From: Octopus vulgaris
Lineage: Eukaryota
DNA length: 64,000 nt
Direction of reading: 5' to 3'
Assembly: GCA_951406725.2 (NCBI GenBank)
Contig: OX597820.1
Location: forward strand, 85,932,001 to 85,996,000
The position numbers were made by a program, and so were the translations under genes. Below the pieces are notes generated by a model, which saw only the letters and a list, made by a program, of their open reading frames with translations, did no database searches and was not told where the DNA came from. Positions 13,585 to 27,930 of this stretch are shown here, in pieces (within the stretch, counting starts at the first letter, position 1; every line of letters begins with the position of its first letter).

Positions 13585-14863
13585 TCAGGTCATCAAATAA
13601 GTTCTGTCCGATTTTACCTTTTTTAAATTTGAATAAAATTTAATAGTATTTTAGAATGTCTAATGGAATTTAAAATTATTTTAAAGCATTTGTGTACATT
13701 TAAACTAATTAAATATTATTTTACAGAATAATACAATTAAAATTTCTTTGATTAAACCCCTTTCTAACATGGAAGTATCTATAGAGCATGCTAGGCACAT
13801 AATACTTTATGAGGGCAAAAAAGGAACCTCTGCAGCCGAAGCGACTCGAAACATACACTCAGTTTATGGGAAACAATGCTTGAATGAAAAAACTTGCAGC
13901 AGATGAAATTCAGAAGTGGAGATTTCAGCCTTGAAGATAAAGATCGAACAGGACGTCCAGTTGAGTTTGATGATTTCGATAAGCTCCTTGAGGCATTACT
14001 TGAAGAAAATTCTGCATTATCAGTTGAATAATTGGCAATAAAGCTTAGTTCAAAACATACACCTGTTTATCGTCATCTTCAACAACTTGGAAAGGTTCCT
14101 AAACCGGAGAAATGGGTGCCTTATGAATTGTCCGAAAGCAACCGTAAATCTCGAGTTGACATCTGCTCTTCTCTCCATTCTTTTGAACTCATTTAACCAT
14201 TTTTGGATAGACTTGTGACTGGTGACGAAAAATGGATCTTCTATCGAAATGTTAAACGTAGTAAACAGTGGCTTGGGAAAAGTGAAAAAGCTCAACCACA
14301 ACCGAGAAGGGAACCTCATGAGAAAGAGATTCTCTCTATCTTGTGGGATTGCAAATGAGTAATTCACTTTGAATTGTTACCACCTAATGCAACAGTCAAT
14401 GCTCAAGTCTACTGTCAGCAATTAGAGCATTTGAACTAAGTTTTAAAGGAAAAAAAGACCCGGTTTAGTTATTCGAAATGGAGTGGTGTTTCATCTGGAT
14501 AATGCGCGATCCCACACTGCAAAGATCATATCACAGAAGATAGAAGAGCTTGGGTGGGAAAAATTCCTCATCCACCTTAACTCCCGACCTTGCTCCTTCA
14601 GTCTACCATTTGTTTCGTAGTTTACAGATTCATTTGGGGGACATAACTTTCGCAAGCCGGGAGGAGGTCGAAACTGACATTCCAGAGTTCTTCGCTTTGA
14701 AACCAAAAGAGTTTTACATTGATGGGATTAAAAAGCTTGTAAATAGATGGAAGGAATTTATAGATAATCAGGGAAAGTACAGTGAGGATTAAATTTCAAT
14801 TTATTATAACATTAACTTGTTTTCTTTATTCAAAATTCGGGCAGATCTTATGGGATGGCTTGA
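13585..14863 (+). mobile_element. Full-length defective mariner transposon
   Basis: Imperfect ~31-bp TIRs (TCAGGTCATCAAATAAGTTCTGTCCGATTTT and its reverse complement at 14832-14863); TA TSD at 13583-84 and 14864-65; ~1.28 kb. Confidence 0.92.
13769..14792 (+). pseudogene. Mariner (DD34D-type) transposase pseudogene
   Basis: MEVSIEHARHIILYE..KG.SAAEATRNI start, then WVPYEL, LVTGDEKWI, FHLDNARSHTA and PHPP*-PDLAPSVYHLFRSLQ; several stops and frameshifts; third catalytic D replaced by V. Confidence 0.9.
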
Positions 14864-15224
14864 TAGTTGCAGCGCATGCATGACTGGTAGCTTACGAACA
14901 TTGCTTCGGGTGCCGTCGTATTGTGCAACTCCTTGGATAATTATTTCTCTCTGTGTTATTTGCGCAACTAATGCTGTGTGAATAACATTCCTTGGTGCAA
15001 TTTCAACGTCGGCGTTAACTTTTCTCTTGTTTTATTACAGGAGTAAAATATAGCTTCAGATTCAATATTTGCGCATGACCTTCCGCATCAATATTTGCTC
15101 AAGACCTTTAAAAATGCACACAAACCTATGCAATGATGATCATTCCATATTTTTTCTTTGACTAAACCCAAAAGCTTTGAAAATGTCAGAGATTTTTCAA
15201 TATTCTACACTCACTAATTCATAA

Positions 15225-16197
15225 CTGACTGGACCCGTGAATATTTCACGGAATTAAATGTAGATCAATTAGATTACTTCTGAAAACTTTATTCCCCCAA
15301 AAAACTGAAAGCATGGCCTGTACATATGTCTTTATGGAAAGAAAGTTGCTCATCTGCTACTCATTAAAAAGTGAAAGAAATTGGAATATGTTGATTACTT
15401 AATGCACTTTGTATATACACTTTATATACGTTATGCACAATTTTATATACTAAGTACACAGCATTTATGAAACAAATATTTACTTTTATTTAACCATTTC
15501 CCCCATAAACAAAAATAAGCATGAATATTTCACGGAATTGCACTTATGGGCATGCGTTAAGTGATAGGTGATATCAAAAACTTAAAAAAGAAATACGCTT
15601 TTCACTATCCAATCACTACCACCACTTCCACCGTCACACACACCATCTCCACCAACTCCATCCCCACCACTAACACCACCATCATCATCTCTCTCCCCTT
15701 CTCTCTCTCCCTTCTCCCTTCTCTCTCTTCTTGTCTCCCTCCTCTCTCACACTCTCTCCCCTCTCTTCGTCTCTCTCTTCTTTCTCTCATTCTCTCCGTC
15801 CTCTCTCTCACTCTCTCCCCCTCTCTCTCTCTCTACCTTTCTTTAACCTTACCATCAGATCATCACCCTTCTGCTAACATTATTACGTTCTCCTAAGCTC
15901 ACATCACGGATGCTTCTCTCTTCGTCTTTTCTCGCTCTCTGTTTTCTTTCTCCCTCTTTCTGTCTTACTTTCTGCTTTATCCTTTTTTCGCTCTCCATTT
16001 TATTTCTCCTCTCTTTCCCTTCAACTGATCCAATGAAAGTGTTGCAATTATACTCCCTCTACCTTACGTCATGGACGGTTGTTTCTGTCTCTCATTCTCC
16101 TTCATTCCTTTTCTCTCTCTCGCTTTTCTTTCTTCCATTTTTTCTCTAATCACGTGAAAGCGTTACCGACGTAATGACACGCAGAATTATTATAAGA
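15225..16197 (-). mobile_element. Non-autonomous Helitron-like element with CT-rich interior
   Basis: Minus strand begins TCTTATAATAA at 16197; ends in hairpin CCGTGAA-ATA-TTCACGG (15235-15251) followed by a degenerate CTAG (TCAG); hairpin sequence partly repeated at ~15522. Confidence 0.55.
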
Positions 16198-16725
16198 CTA
16201 GCTGGTCATGTGCCATCAAAAATGATGGCTAAATGTAGTATTTTATATATAAATAATGTACAAAAACAAGTCTTTAGTTTAATAGTTCTTTTGTTACCAA
16301 AATTTTGTGAAAAATCTATCCGCAATTAACATCCCTTGACTGCTTGTTTCCTTCAAGACAATATTTAAGTCCCTTCCCTCCTGTGCGATTTAAGACCACA
16401 TAAAGCTGGCCATGACTAAATACGGGAGCTGGGAAGTAAATACCAAATCCACAGAGTTGAAACGCTGTTTGATTTTTTTTCAGCATTGAATGTTCACTAT
16501 CCCACTTCCATTGCACACACATATACACACAAACATTTAAATGCTTCCCTTTTACTTACATACAGAAATACTTACACAGAGTTGAAACTTATTTTTTCAC
16601 CGTAGAATTTCCATCATGCCACCACCAGTTTGCCATCACCCCTTCTTTCCTTATTCATCTATCACCCCTTCTTTCTCATTCATATGTTGTAACGAAGAAA
16701 AACACAAGAGTATTTTTATAGTAGA
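16198..16725 (-). mobile_element. Mini-Helitron retaining a PIF1-like helicase C-terminal fragment
   Basis: A|TCTACTATAAAAA 5' end at 16725; 3' hairpin GCCATCA-TTTT-TGATGGC followed by CTAG|T at 16198; internal GIYFPAPVFSHGQLYVVLNR matches the Helitron RepHel motif PVFSHGQLYVALSR. Confidence 0.8.
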
Positions 16726-18113
16726 TGAACAACTGCAGACCTGTAGGGACTAAGCTTCTTTGTCAATCCTACAAGTGTTATTTTTTTTTTTTTGTTTCTG
16801 AATGCTTGTGAAATTCAGCCGCTTCTGTTCTTCCATAAACCAATAAAGATCCTTAGGATTTAATATATCTTTAATTGTGTCTACTACCAGGACGCCTACT
16901 ATTCAGGATATACACAGGGATTTCAGGTATATGTTTCAAACATCATCACACTCTACTGATCGGTATTCTCAACTACTTAGTCACAGTGAGGCCGAAAAAG
17001 ATTACACAATTAACTGTAATATAAGGAGGAAATATAATATACCCCTCAAGAAGCTCCAGTATGCACGAATATCTATTCTCCAAACACATAAAACAAAAAA
17101 TACTTCAAAGAACCAAAGGCAGATAATCTTCCACCGAAGGATTTATTGACCCTTTCTCACTTGCCTATTCTACCACTTTCTCTCTTGCCAGCTGACCTCC
17201 TGTCGCTTTCCCAGTATTTCTCTTCTCATATGCATATTCCTGGTGAGTTACCTAGCAGTAAAGCATATTGTACATTGTATGATATGTCTCAAATAATTAT
17301 ATATAACATTGTATAAAATTACATTGCCATGCTATCGAAATGCACGTAGTATAAATTGAAGCAACAAAACTCTATATATATATTCATACTCTGACACATA
17401 CACAATACATGTGGGCACGCACACAGACACACACATAGACATACGGACACATACGCGCGCACGCACATGCACACAAACACAGACACATATAAACAAACAA
17501 ATTTGGAGATTGGCGAAAATGTGAAATAGAGGCAGAAAGGAAGACAACTAAAACACAAAAAGAAGTTTGCTGACAGGTATAGGCATGACGAAGTATTTGG
17601 TGTCAGTAATTTTACGAAGACAATATTTATGGACAAGATAATTTACGATTAAAGTGCCTCTTTATACTTTTATACTGGCACCATGTATGCGTGTAGGTAT
17701 GCTCGTATGTTTGGCCGTGTGTGTGAGATGGTGTGTGTATTTTTGTGCGTATGAATCTATTCTTCTATAAACATATATCCATGCATACATAAATGCTTAT
17801 ATTCAGACAAACGTGCATGAACTGTGTTGAACTCTTCTTCCAGCTGAACATCATCATATTAACATCACTCCTGAGGGTCGGTCTGCCAAGGCTAAAAGTC
17901 TTAACCTCCACAAGATTACAATGTAACATACTTTTAAGTGTTTCAGTCTAAGAATGCGTAATATTTTTTCATGATTTCCTTGTAATGTGTAAATACGCAT
18001 AAGCACGCTCACTCACATATAAACACACCCAAACATATACTGTTATATATATATATACACGTCGACGACAGCGTTTGGTTTTGTGAATATATATGTATAT
18101 AATACACACAGCT

Positions 18114-18155
<42 letters not shown>

Positions 18156-18860
18156 GTAAATGTAAAAACATACTGCTGACAAAAACTACGTGGCGTTCAA
18201 TTATTAAATAATATATATGCACACAATATAATATATATAATGTCTATAATATTTACATATTTGTATATGTATGTAAAGACAGAAGAGGAGAGACACATAA
18301 ATAGATAAACTGACAGACAAACATGTTTCCAAAAATGCGACAAGAATATTTTTTTTTATTTTAATAAATAAAAGAAAAACAGAGCCGAAAGTATGCTACG
18401 CTTGTGAATTCATTCTTGTCACAATACTTTTAGAGACTTTGCAGCAATTATATAAATATATTGCTTATAAATGTTTGTCATACCGAATATTAAACTGTTT
18501 CATCCGAAATTGGATTACATTGACTCATAATAATTTTGCGTTGTCTACTGACTAAGATCAGATTTATAATTCTTTATATTAAGTAACTCATTCCATCAAA
18601 ATATTACCAAGATTCTCGGTAATTAGAGATACTTTCATTTCAGATTATTATTTCCTTCATCACTTCATTTTTATGATGTTTTGTTTCATTTATATTTTGC
18701 TTTCAGCCTGGGTCGTGATCTTACATAAAAAGCAGCGCTTGAGATCTAAATAAATTAATTAGACTTCATCAAGTAGGCAAATATTAAAGTCACCGACATC
18801 AAGAGTAAATAATTAAAAAAAACAACCAAAAACGACAAGCGATTGTCTCTAATTTTGTTC

Positions 18861-18903
<43 letters not shown>

Positions 18904-18918
18904 CTCTCTCTCACTCTT

Positions 18919-18969
<51 letters not shown>

Positions 18970-19160
18970 GCAGATATACACACACATACACACACACACA
19001 TATATATATATTTCTAGAAAAATACAGTGTACATTTAAAACACATAAGAGATGAGCCTAATAGGACATCTGACTAGCTAGAAAGAGCAGGTAAACTCCAA
19101 ACCTCTAATAGTTGTAATTCTGAAAGGGAATGAAAGATAAGAACATTTACCCTATCTTTT

Positions 19161-19243
19161 CTGGACTATGCATAGTTTCGGCAATCTTTAGCAAATAAAA
19201 TAAAATGATTTTAATTTACAATTGACGTTGCCATCTCCAGCAG
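19161..19243 (-). ncRNA. Degenerate type I hammerhead ribozyme
   Basis: ctg-CTGGAGA-tggcaa..(long loop)..ttgcc-GAAA-ctatgcatag-TC-cag; palindromic stem III; one core substitution. Confidence 0.6.
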
Positions 19244-19338
19244 GAAACCAAGGCTAACATATGGACACGAGGCGATAAAGACCATGCCTCATGTTTATAT
19301 GTTATAACATTTCAAAATCCATTAATTAATCATAAAAA

Positions 19339-19382
<44 letters not shown>

Positions 19383-20753
19383 TCAAAAGTACAGTAGTAA
19401 AATAATCATTTCTACTAGCTTACAACTGATTCTGTGGTAGGGATTTGAGTACCCACATCTGAGTATCAAACGAAATCTTTTCGTCTCCTTAAAGACATTT
19501 TAAATTTCATATATATGAATATATACAGAGAGTGTGAGGGAAGGAGAGAGAGTGAAGGGAGAGAGGAAGAAAGCGTGAGAAAGATGGGGAGGAGAGGGAG
19601 AGATTGATTGAGATGAGGAGAGAGGCGGAGAGAGTGGGAAGGAGAGAGCGAGATTGATCGATTGTTTATCGGTTGATCGAGTGAGTGAGTGGTGAAACAA
19701 ACAGTAAATACGTAAAGGAGAGCTTGAATGCTTTATTGGAAGCTTCTTGAATCCCTTCTATAGTTTCATGTTCCTGTTTATTGCAGCGATTGCAAATGTA
19801 GCAGCATGACAGTATATAAACAACATTATTTGTAAACACATGAAAATAGGATTAGTTATTGACATTTGATCGAGCGCCAAAAACAGTTCAGAAAGTATGC
19901 AACATAATCAGTTGTCGGATGCAGAAGAAATAGACGTGATCTTCTAGTCACATAGAAACCACGTGATATTTTCGCGTTTTCAGTATCGAAAGCGTAAAAG
20001 AAGAAAAGCAGAATGACGATGACTACTGTTAATGCACTTTTAACACTGTCCATGGGATTAATTAATCTGCAAAGACGACCTCTATCTTTCCCTCTCTCTC
20101 ACTTCCTCTCGTTCTCTCTCTCCTGCTGTCTCTCGTTTGCTCTCTCTCTCTCTCTTTCTTTCTTTCTTAGTCTCTGCTCTTTTCTTCTCTCTCACTTGCT
20201 GGACTATGAATGGTCTATGACGAAAGAACAATATTCCTTCAATGTCTCCTATCTCGCTTCTCAACCCGCCAGGCTTTATTATTTATCTAGTAGCGATTAT
20301 CTCCCTTACAATAGCTGCAGCCAGGAACTCCATGTGTATAACTTAATGATTTCTTGAATATGTGATATGTTTTTAGGTTATAGAGAATTCACCATCTCGA
20401 AAATGATGCATTTTTTCTATTCCTTATTTGGACATAACTTTATAAAACAATGATAGAAGTTTCTGAATGATTTCCCCACTTAAATCGTCTTTTTGTTTTT
20501 TTGTTTTTTTCCCTTTTTGCAAAATGGCAAATTTGTACAAGACTAGAGAAGGCGATTCTATAACTGTTAAAATATCCTCTAAACCATTGATATGTACAGT
20601 ACGAGATGAAGATATGGGCCCGAGTGTCTGAACGTATATATATGTTGCTAGAACCGCCCCGCTATAGAAAATGTAGGTAATAACGTGTTTTGATAACCAT
20701 GTAGTATAATTATTTTATTCATTAAATATTTCATTCAATACTACATTTACTTA

Positions 20754-22028
20754 CAGTGTTCGGACTAAGTTTGACCATTTTTATGCCTCAATTTTTCAGA
20801 CATATCTTCATGTATTGGTGAATAGTCAATGGAGTTGGAGAGCATAAAGACTGAAGTTGTAGCTGATAAAAAACTTAATCGGACATAGATTACTGGAAGC
20901 CATGTGTATATTGGAAAAGAGTTACCTGTATCATGAGGATTCGTGCCGGGTGTCAAAATGCTGACAGTATCATTGCTGTTCAATATTCTGTGAATATTTT
21001 AAAGGCGGTAAGACGTAACATGAGCAGCTGCAATGGAGAATACAAATCTGTAGCCAGCATTACATGAAGCAGCAAACGTTCTGACTGCATTCGCCCGAGT
21101 GTACATCCAACAATTAGAGGACAAGGTGACGGATGATACGAGGACGGGAATTCGAGCTTTAGCGAGAGAGATGAAATACCCACAATGAATCTTGCACAGA
21201 ATAAAAACATTCACTGCCAATTTTACAAGAGGTGTAAGGGACAATTTCTGACAGCCTAGGTCAAAGAGAACCGCTTCACTAAAGCAAAGAAGCTCCTAAA
21301 TAAGGTCAGGCATCCCGTTTATCCGGTGTATGACCTGCTTCTTCTAACATGAAAGATCCGTACTACACCAGTTGACCAACAGATGCCTTGGCTACAATAC
21401 ATGCGATGTCCCACTTATCATGAAAGTTAAATGCCTGCAAACCGTGATAATATTTGGGTATGTCTCCAGTAATGATGTCGTCGGGCTTCCCTACATGTTT
21501 AAGTAAGAATCATAGGCCTAGTTTAACAGATTACGAGAAGCTGCTGTAGAATGTAGTCAAAATCTAGCTGAAAATGATTGCTGATGGAAGGCCACAGGGT
21601 TGGCAGTAGTATTCAGCTCTTTTCCATAACTCCGGAAAACTTCAGTAGTGGTTGACGGAGAACATCTACGACTTCTCTACTCCCATGTTCTGGCCTCCTA
21701 ATTCCCTCGATTTTAATACCAAAGGTTACTCTGGCTCTGAGTGCAGTTGAGAAATACATCAATCACTGAGCCTGCAACTTCAAGGCCTAGCTGGTAGCCA
21801 ATATCTGGTAGTTGTTCGAATATTTTCCCAGGGATACAGTGAGGTACGCATATCCTTGGTTCTGGGGTCGTGTTAGGAGATGAAGTCGCCAACATTGAGT
21901 AAACTGATATCTCTCAACCATAATCTAGTTGGTACTTTTTGATTTTTCAAAAATAATTTATTTTGGAGTGGAATATTGCGTTTTCTTTTCCTTTTATGCA
22001 AAATGTCAAATTTAGCACGAACACCCTT
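20754..22028 (+). mobile_element. Decayed Tc1/mariner-superfamily element (maT/DD37D-like)
   Basis: TIRs CAGTGTTCGGACTAAGTTTGACCATTTT and AAAATGTCAAATTTAGCACGAACACCCTT with flanking TA; remnants TVIIFGYVSSNDVVG.P.MF, WQ*YSA..H.SGK.Q.WL and WPPNSLDFN (from WPPNSPDLNP). Confidence 0.8.
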
Positions 22029-22640
22029 TATGTTAAATTAAAATGGGGTGCATGCCTTCTTCCATATTACTTCTATCCACACATGCATGCACACATATAT
22101 GCATGTATTCGTGCATGCATAAGAAAGTACACATGCACGAATAACAAGCATTTATATACACCAGAAATAACCCTCACGAATTCTTGCATGCAGCCGCTAG
22201 TTCGTCAGAGTAAATTTAGGGATTATTAATAATAAATTGCTCTCTTTTTATTTCTGAGTTCAGTCACTACAATAGTCAATTTTCTTTATTGCTTGTTCTG
22301 TATTCTACTTTATCCTTTCATATTTTACATCGTTTTTCATCCACAATCTCATATGTAAATTATCACCATACCATTTCTAACTTAAGCACAAATAGCGAAG
22401 AAATTTCTTAAAGAAGAAGCAAAGTGGAGACAACAATTCTGTATGAAAATACAAACAAAAACACACACGCACACATACACGCGCACTCATATACACACAT
22501 ATGTATGTCTGTGTGTATATATATATGTGCATGTGTGTATGTATCTTTATATGTATTTATACACACACAATCACACACCTATATATATATATATAGATAG
22601 ATAATATATATATATAGCGATATATGTATATATACGTAAA

Positions 22641-22726
<86 letters not shown>

Positions 22727-22771
22727 TATATATATCCATATGTATATGCATGTATATGTATATATATATAT

Positions 22772-22809
<38 letters not shown>

Positions 22810-23186
22810 GGATATGCATATATGTGTATATATATATATACATATACATGCATATACATATGGATATATATATTTATATATAAACCCGTTTGGTTTAGTG
22901 GTACTGGACGTTTTTCTCGTATTCTTTTATTTTTTACTTGATTCAGTCATTTGACGTTTGCCATGCTGGAGCATCACCCTTTAGTCGAATAAATTGATCG
23001 ATCCCTTGTTTGCTGGTATGCTGAGAGAGATCAAGCTCTGTTTCTCATATTTTCTAAGTATAGCTGCCTTTGCTCTTGACTCTGTTGTTCTCGATTCTGT
23101 TGATTACCATCTCTGTTATTTTGAAAATACACTTCTCTTTGGTCTTGGCTCATTTGTTCTCTCCTTTACTGATTTCATGTGCGTGT

Positions 23187-23217
<31 letters not shown>

Positions 23218-24619
23218 AGCATGTGACTTAGAATGGAATTCAATCAAACTTAATATGAAAGCAAGTAGTATAATTATGAAGAACACAAATGCAGAATAAA
23301 CAATACCCTAACTCTGCGCTAGTTCTTACGAACAGTGATCCTTCATCTTGCAAAGGTGAAATGAGCAGCAAAACTTATGTAGCAAGAAATGCAATATGCA
23401 CGATCACGAGTGGGGTCAACTGAGCGAAGTGAGCAAAACATCTATTTTGCAGTATCGTATTAAAAATATAGCTGGATACATTTTGAATCCGGTTTCACTT
23501 CATAAAGTGTTGCAGTACATCCGTATGATGTCATAGTACATAAGATGTCTATTTTAGTTGGTTTATTTTTCTCTCCCCATAAAGAAAAGCTCAGCTTTGT
23601 AATTAGTCCACTCTGTGTTCAGCCCTGTGTGGCTAATAAAGAAACATATTTACAAGGATGACCACTGATGGAAATCGATCCTCCTGTTAGGTAATTAGAA
23701 GAACGTCATTGATTAGATGAATCGAAACCGCGCGATATCAACGCTACGGTGCATAAAAAGTAATTTAGCTCTATTCAGATCTAAGTAAATACTAGTTGGC
23801 TGATAATGCATCCCTCTTTCGCTCCAGGTTACTAAACCTCGATGTTCGGCTGAGTGGGAGCTCTGTGAACGTGTCTATGTCACCTTGTGACAGTGTAAGT
23901 ATTCAAAATAATTAGCTACAATAGAATCTAATATATCAAATTCTCTTCCGGGTTAAATCTATTGGCAAAAAATGATTTTTATTCCGGTTTATTTCGTTGT
24001 CTGAATCTAATGTGAATTATCTTCAATATTCAATAGAAATTATGTTTGAAAGATTTCAGCCAGAAATGTGACAGAGATTTCTTCAGCTCAAGAACTATAG
24101 GCTACAGAAATTGTTGTGACTTACTGAACTCGAAAAAATTAAGGATCAGATTTTCTAACGAAATACATTGATAGTAAAAATATATTAGGTTTTGCTTTTC
24201 TTTCAATTTCCCCCTTAAGTGATATAGCAAGAAATTCAATCAAGCAAAGGATAAAAAAATGCAGCAATCATAATGTTTATTTTTAATTCATCTTACTCCC
24301 TTTCATTCTTTCTTTCTCCCTCTTTCTCTCTCCCTGTCTGTCTCCATCTGTCTCTCTCCCTGACATCCCCCCACTCTCACGATTTTGTCTTAACACATGC
24401 CTGAAAGAACAAATTCGTTTACATACACGTGCGCCAACGTGCACTTGTATGCACTTGGAACCATGCACATACATACATACATACAAATGCATCCATAATT
24501 AAATGCACACACATGCATACATATATACACACACCTACATACAACCATACTTACATTCATGCATACATACATTCATACATACATACATGCATACATGCAT
24601 GCATGCATACATACATACA

Positions 24620-24653
<34 letters not shown>

Positions 24654-26228
24654 CATACATACATACATACACACATGGATCTCCGCCGGTTTGACGATGA
24701 GGATTGAGTTTTCAATCAAATCTCTGACATGAGTCTGAGTGAATGTGGCTGAAGATTCCGCAAATACTTTTGTCCTGGAAGTAATTCTCATACAGCATCA
24801 ACGTGACACATTGTTGGATGAGCTTGTCGAATTACTAGTAAAATACTTTCAATGGGCTTCTATACAGTTTCCATTTACCTAATTCTACTCACAATGTATA
24901 GGTGAACGGAGGCTAGAAAAATGACATTTGCTCGAGAAAACGCGCTGCAAGTTGGAAACTAGGATATTTTGACTACGTAATGAACTTTATAACGTTTCGG
25001 CCATATTGCGCATATTCACATATGCAAACATACATACATACATAAACATCAACGCAAGGAATACTGTTGGAACATTGCCATAAAAACATGTCAGTTATAA
25101 ACCTAACTAGCCGTATATGTTGTTTGGGACAGGCAATAAAAAGTATATATCGTCATAGAAGTAAGTTATCTAGCTGATGTGAATATCGCATTTGAAAATG
25201 GAGGAGAAGGATGAGAACTATGGACAACTGCTTCGAAACCTCTAGCTTCTATGTGTATATTATAAATTCACAGTTATACTAATAATTGGTGCATTTAGTT
25301 TTGTGAGTAAATGCTAGGTAACGATGTAGTTATCTAAGGGTGTTCGAAAAAAAAGAACCAACTAACTCGCACATAACAAATAGACAATTTATCGAAAACC
25401 CAATATTCTTCACAGCCTTTGTTCTTCAAAGAAAAATACAGAATTTTGAATTTTCAAAATTTTTTCTCTCTCTCTCGGAGGCTTAGCAGTCTTCCAAGAC
25501 ATAGTTCCTCTGTCACATTTTATATCAAAATTATCTCCTTTAATATTATATAACCTGCAGACATTTGTTGTTGTGATTGTATTTTGGTCATAGCTGTTGT
25601 TGTTAATCTTCAACTCTAACCTAATTCGACAGACCATTTTCCCAAAGGAAAAAATGAATGTGCTGCGAATCGATCACTTTTTAAATGCAGTTTATCTAGG
25701 AATACCTAATCCGATAAAACATCCATTTTGTTTGAAAATATCAGGATGTAATTATAATAAAATTTTTAAAAATTCTAATTAATACGTAATATTAACAGGT
25801 AAATTTATTTAATATGGAGTGTTTCGAAGTTTAATCAGTCACTCAAGCTGTTAGACATACTACTGAAATATATCTACCTCATACTGCAACTCGCCCCTTT
25901 AATAATTAAAGATCAACTATGTATGTCAAAAACGACTATTTGTGCATGGCTACAAAGGTCTTGTCCACAGATCTCGTAAAAAACTTTGGGATCCAATCTA
26001 GCTGGAATGTTAATTGCATTTGAAGTCAGTGAAACCGATCAATATGTTTCTGAAGTATCCTGAAAAGAAGTTAAACTATCGCCTAAAGCTTTTCGTACCC
26101 AAATTTGTTGCTTTATTGATATATTTCCTGTGTTCAATGTAAGGGTGATGGATATATAAATGTACATACATGTATATATACACAGACATGTGTGCATACA
26201 TACATACATACATACATACATACATACA

Positions 26229-26327
<99 letters not shown>

Positions 26328-26593
26328 AGTGAATTGAAGAAATGGAGTTGAACGAAGATTGAACAGAAATCGTTTTATTGCATTCTTCAACTCCATTTCT
26401 TCAATTTAACTAATAATATTAAAATTCAATTATCCGCACCAACACACGGTTGCAACACCATATGGTTGTACCTCCAACCGTGCTGTCTTCTGCTGTGATT
26501 TTTGCTACCAAGGTATCGGTTAAACTTTTGATTACTCTGCAACAAGATTATTCATCTTTCTATTTCACAAAATATATATATATATATATATAT

Positions 26594-27287
<694 letters not shown>

Positions 27288-27599
27288 GTATTTATGTATA
27301 TATATATATAAATATATTTTATTTTATTTGTTAGGGAATAAAAATTCCGGCATCAGTGGGGTTCAAATTATTCTCAATGAAGAAATATATATTTTCAGTT
27401 AGAGATAGTAGGCCCCTTCATCTCACCATATAAAAAAGATTTTTTATTTTAAATACCTACTTAAATACATCTAAATGAAAAATATATCTATATATATACA
27501 TACATGTTTTTATGTGTGTATGTATATATACATATATATGTGTGTGTGTGCGTGCATGCATGTTTGCATGTATATATGAGAGTTAACAGGAGACATGGT

Positions 27600-27930
27600 A
27601 GAGCAAGTTAATTTACTGAGAAATATTAACAAATGTTATAGTTGTACACGTTTGATGAATTGGAGGAAAATTGGTATTGAGCACAGTGAGGAAATCGTTA
27701 CGTGGGAGGATTTAGCTATGTTTTGAGTGCCACATGAGCACGGAGAATACCTCACGTTGGTTAGAGTTTTAATGTAAGGAAATTGTTAATCAGATGTATC
27801 CCGAGTCTTTGAATATGCTCCATTTTTGTGTGTAGGTGTTTTGGGTTAGTCTGCCGTCCTAGGTTTTGATACTATAGTATAACGATTGTTTTGTGAAATA
27901 TTTTGACAAGCATAACATTTAAGCAGTATA
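27600..27930 (-). mobile_element. Possible decayed PLE GIY-YIG C-terminal remnant
   Basis: Fragmentary LSKYF... and (L)NQREVFS..WHSK, resembling the LS.YIW...LN.R.E...C.H..K motif; heavily frameshifted. Confidence 0.3.

Noticed and set aside
23660-23740. CTGATGG...GAAA-ccgcgcga HHR-like string (a similar one lies at 25171-25250)
   Set aside because: Core mismatch and no convincing stem I or NUH
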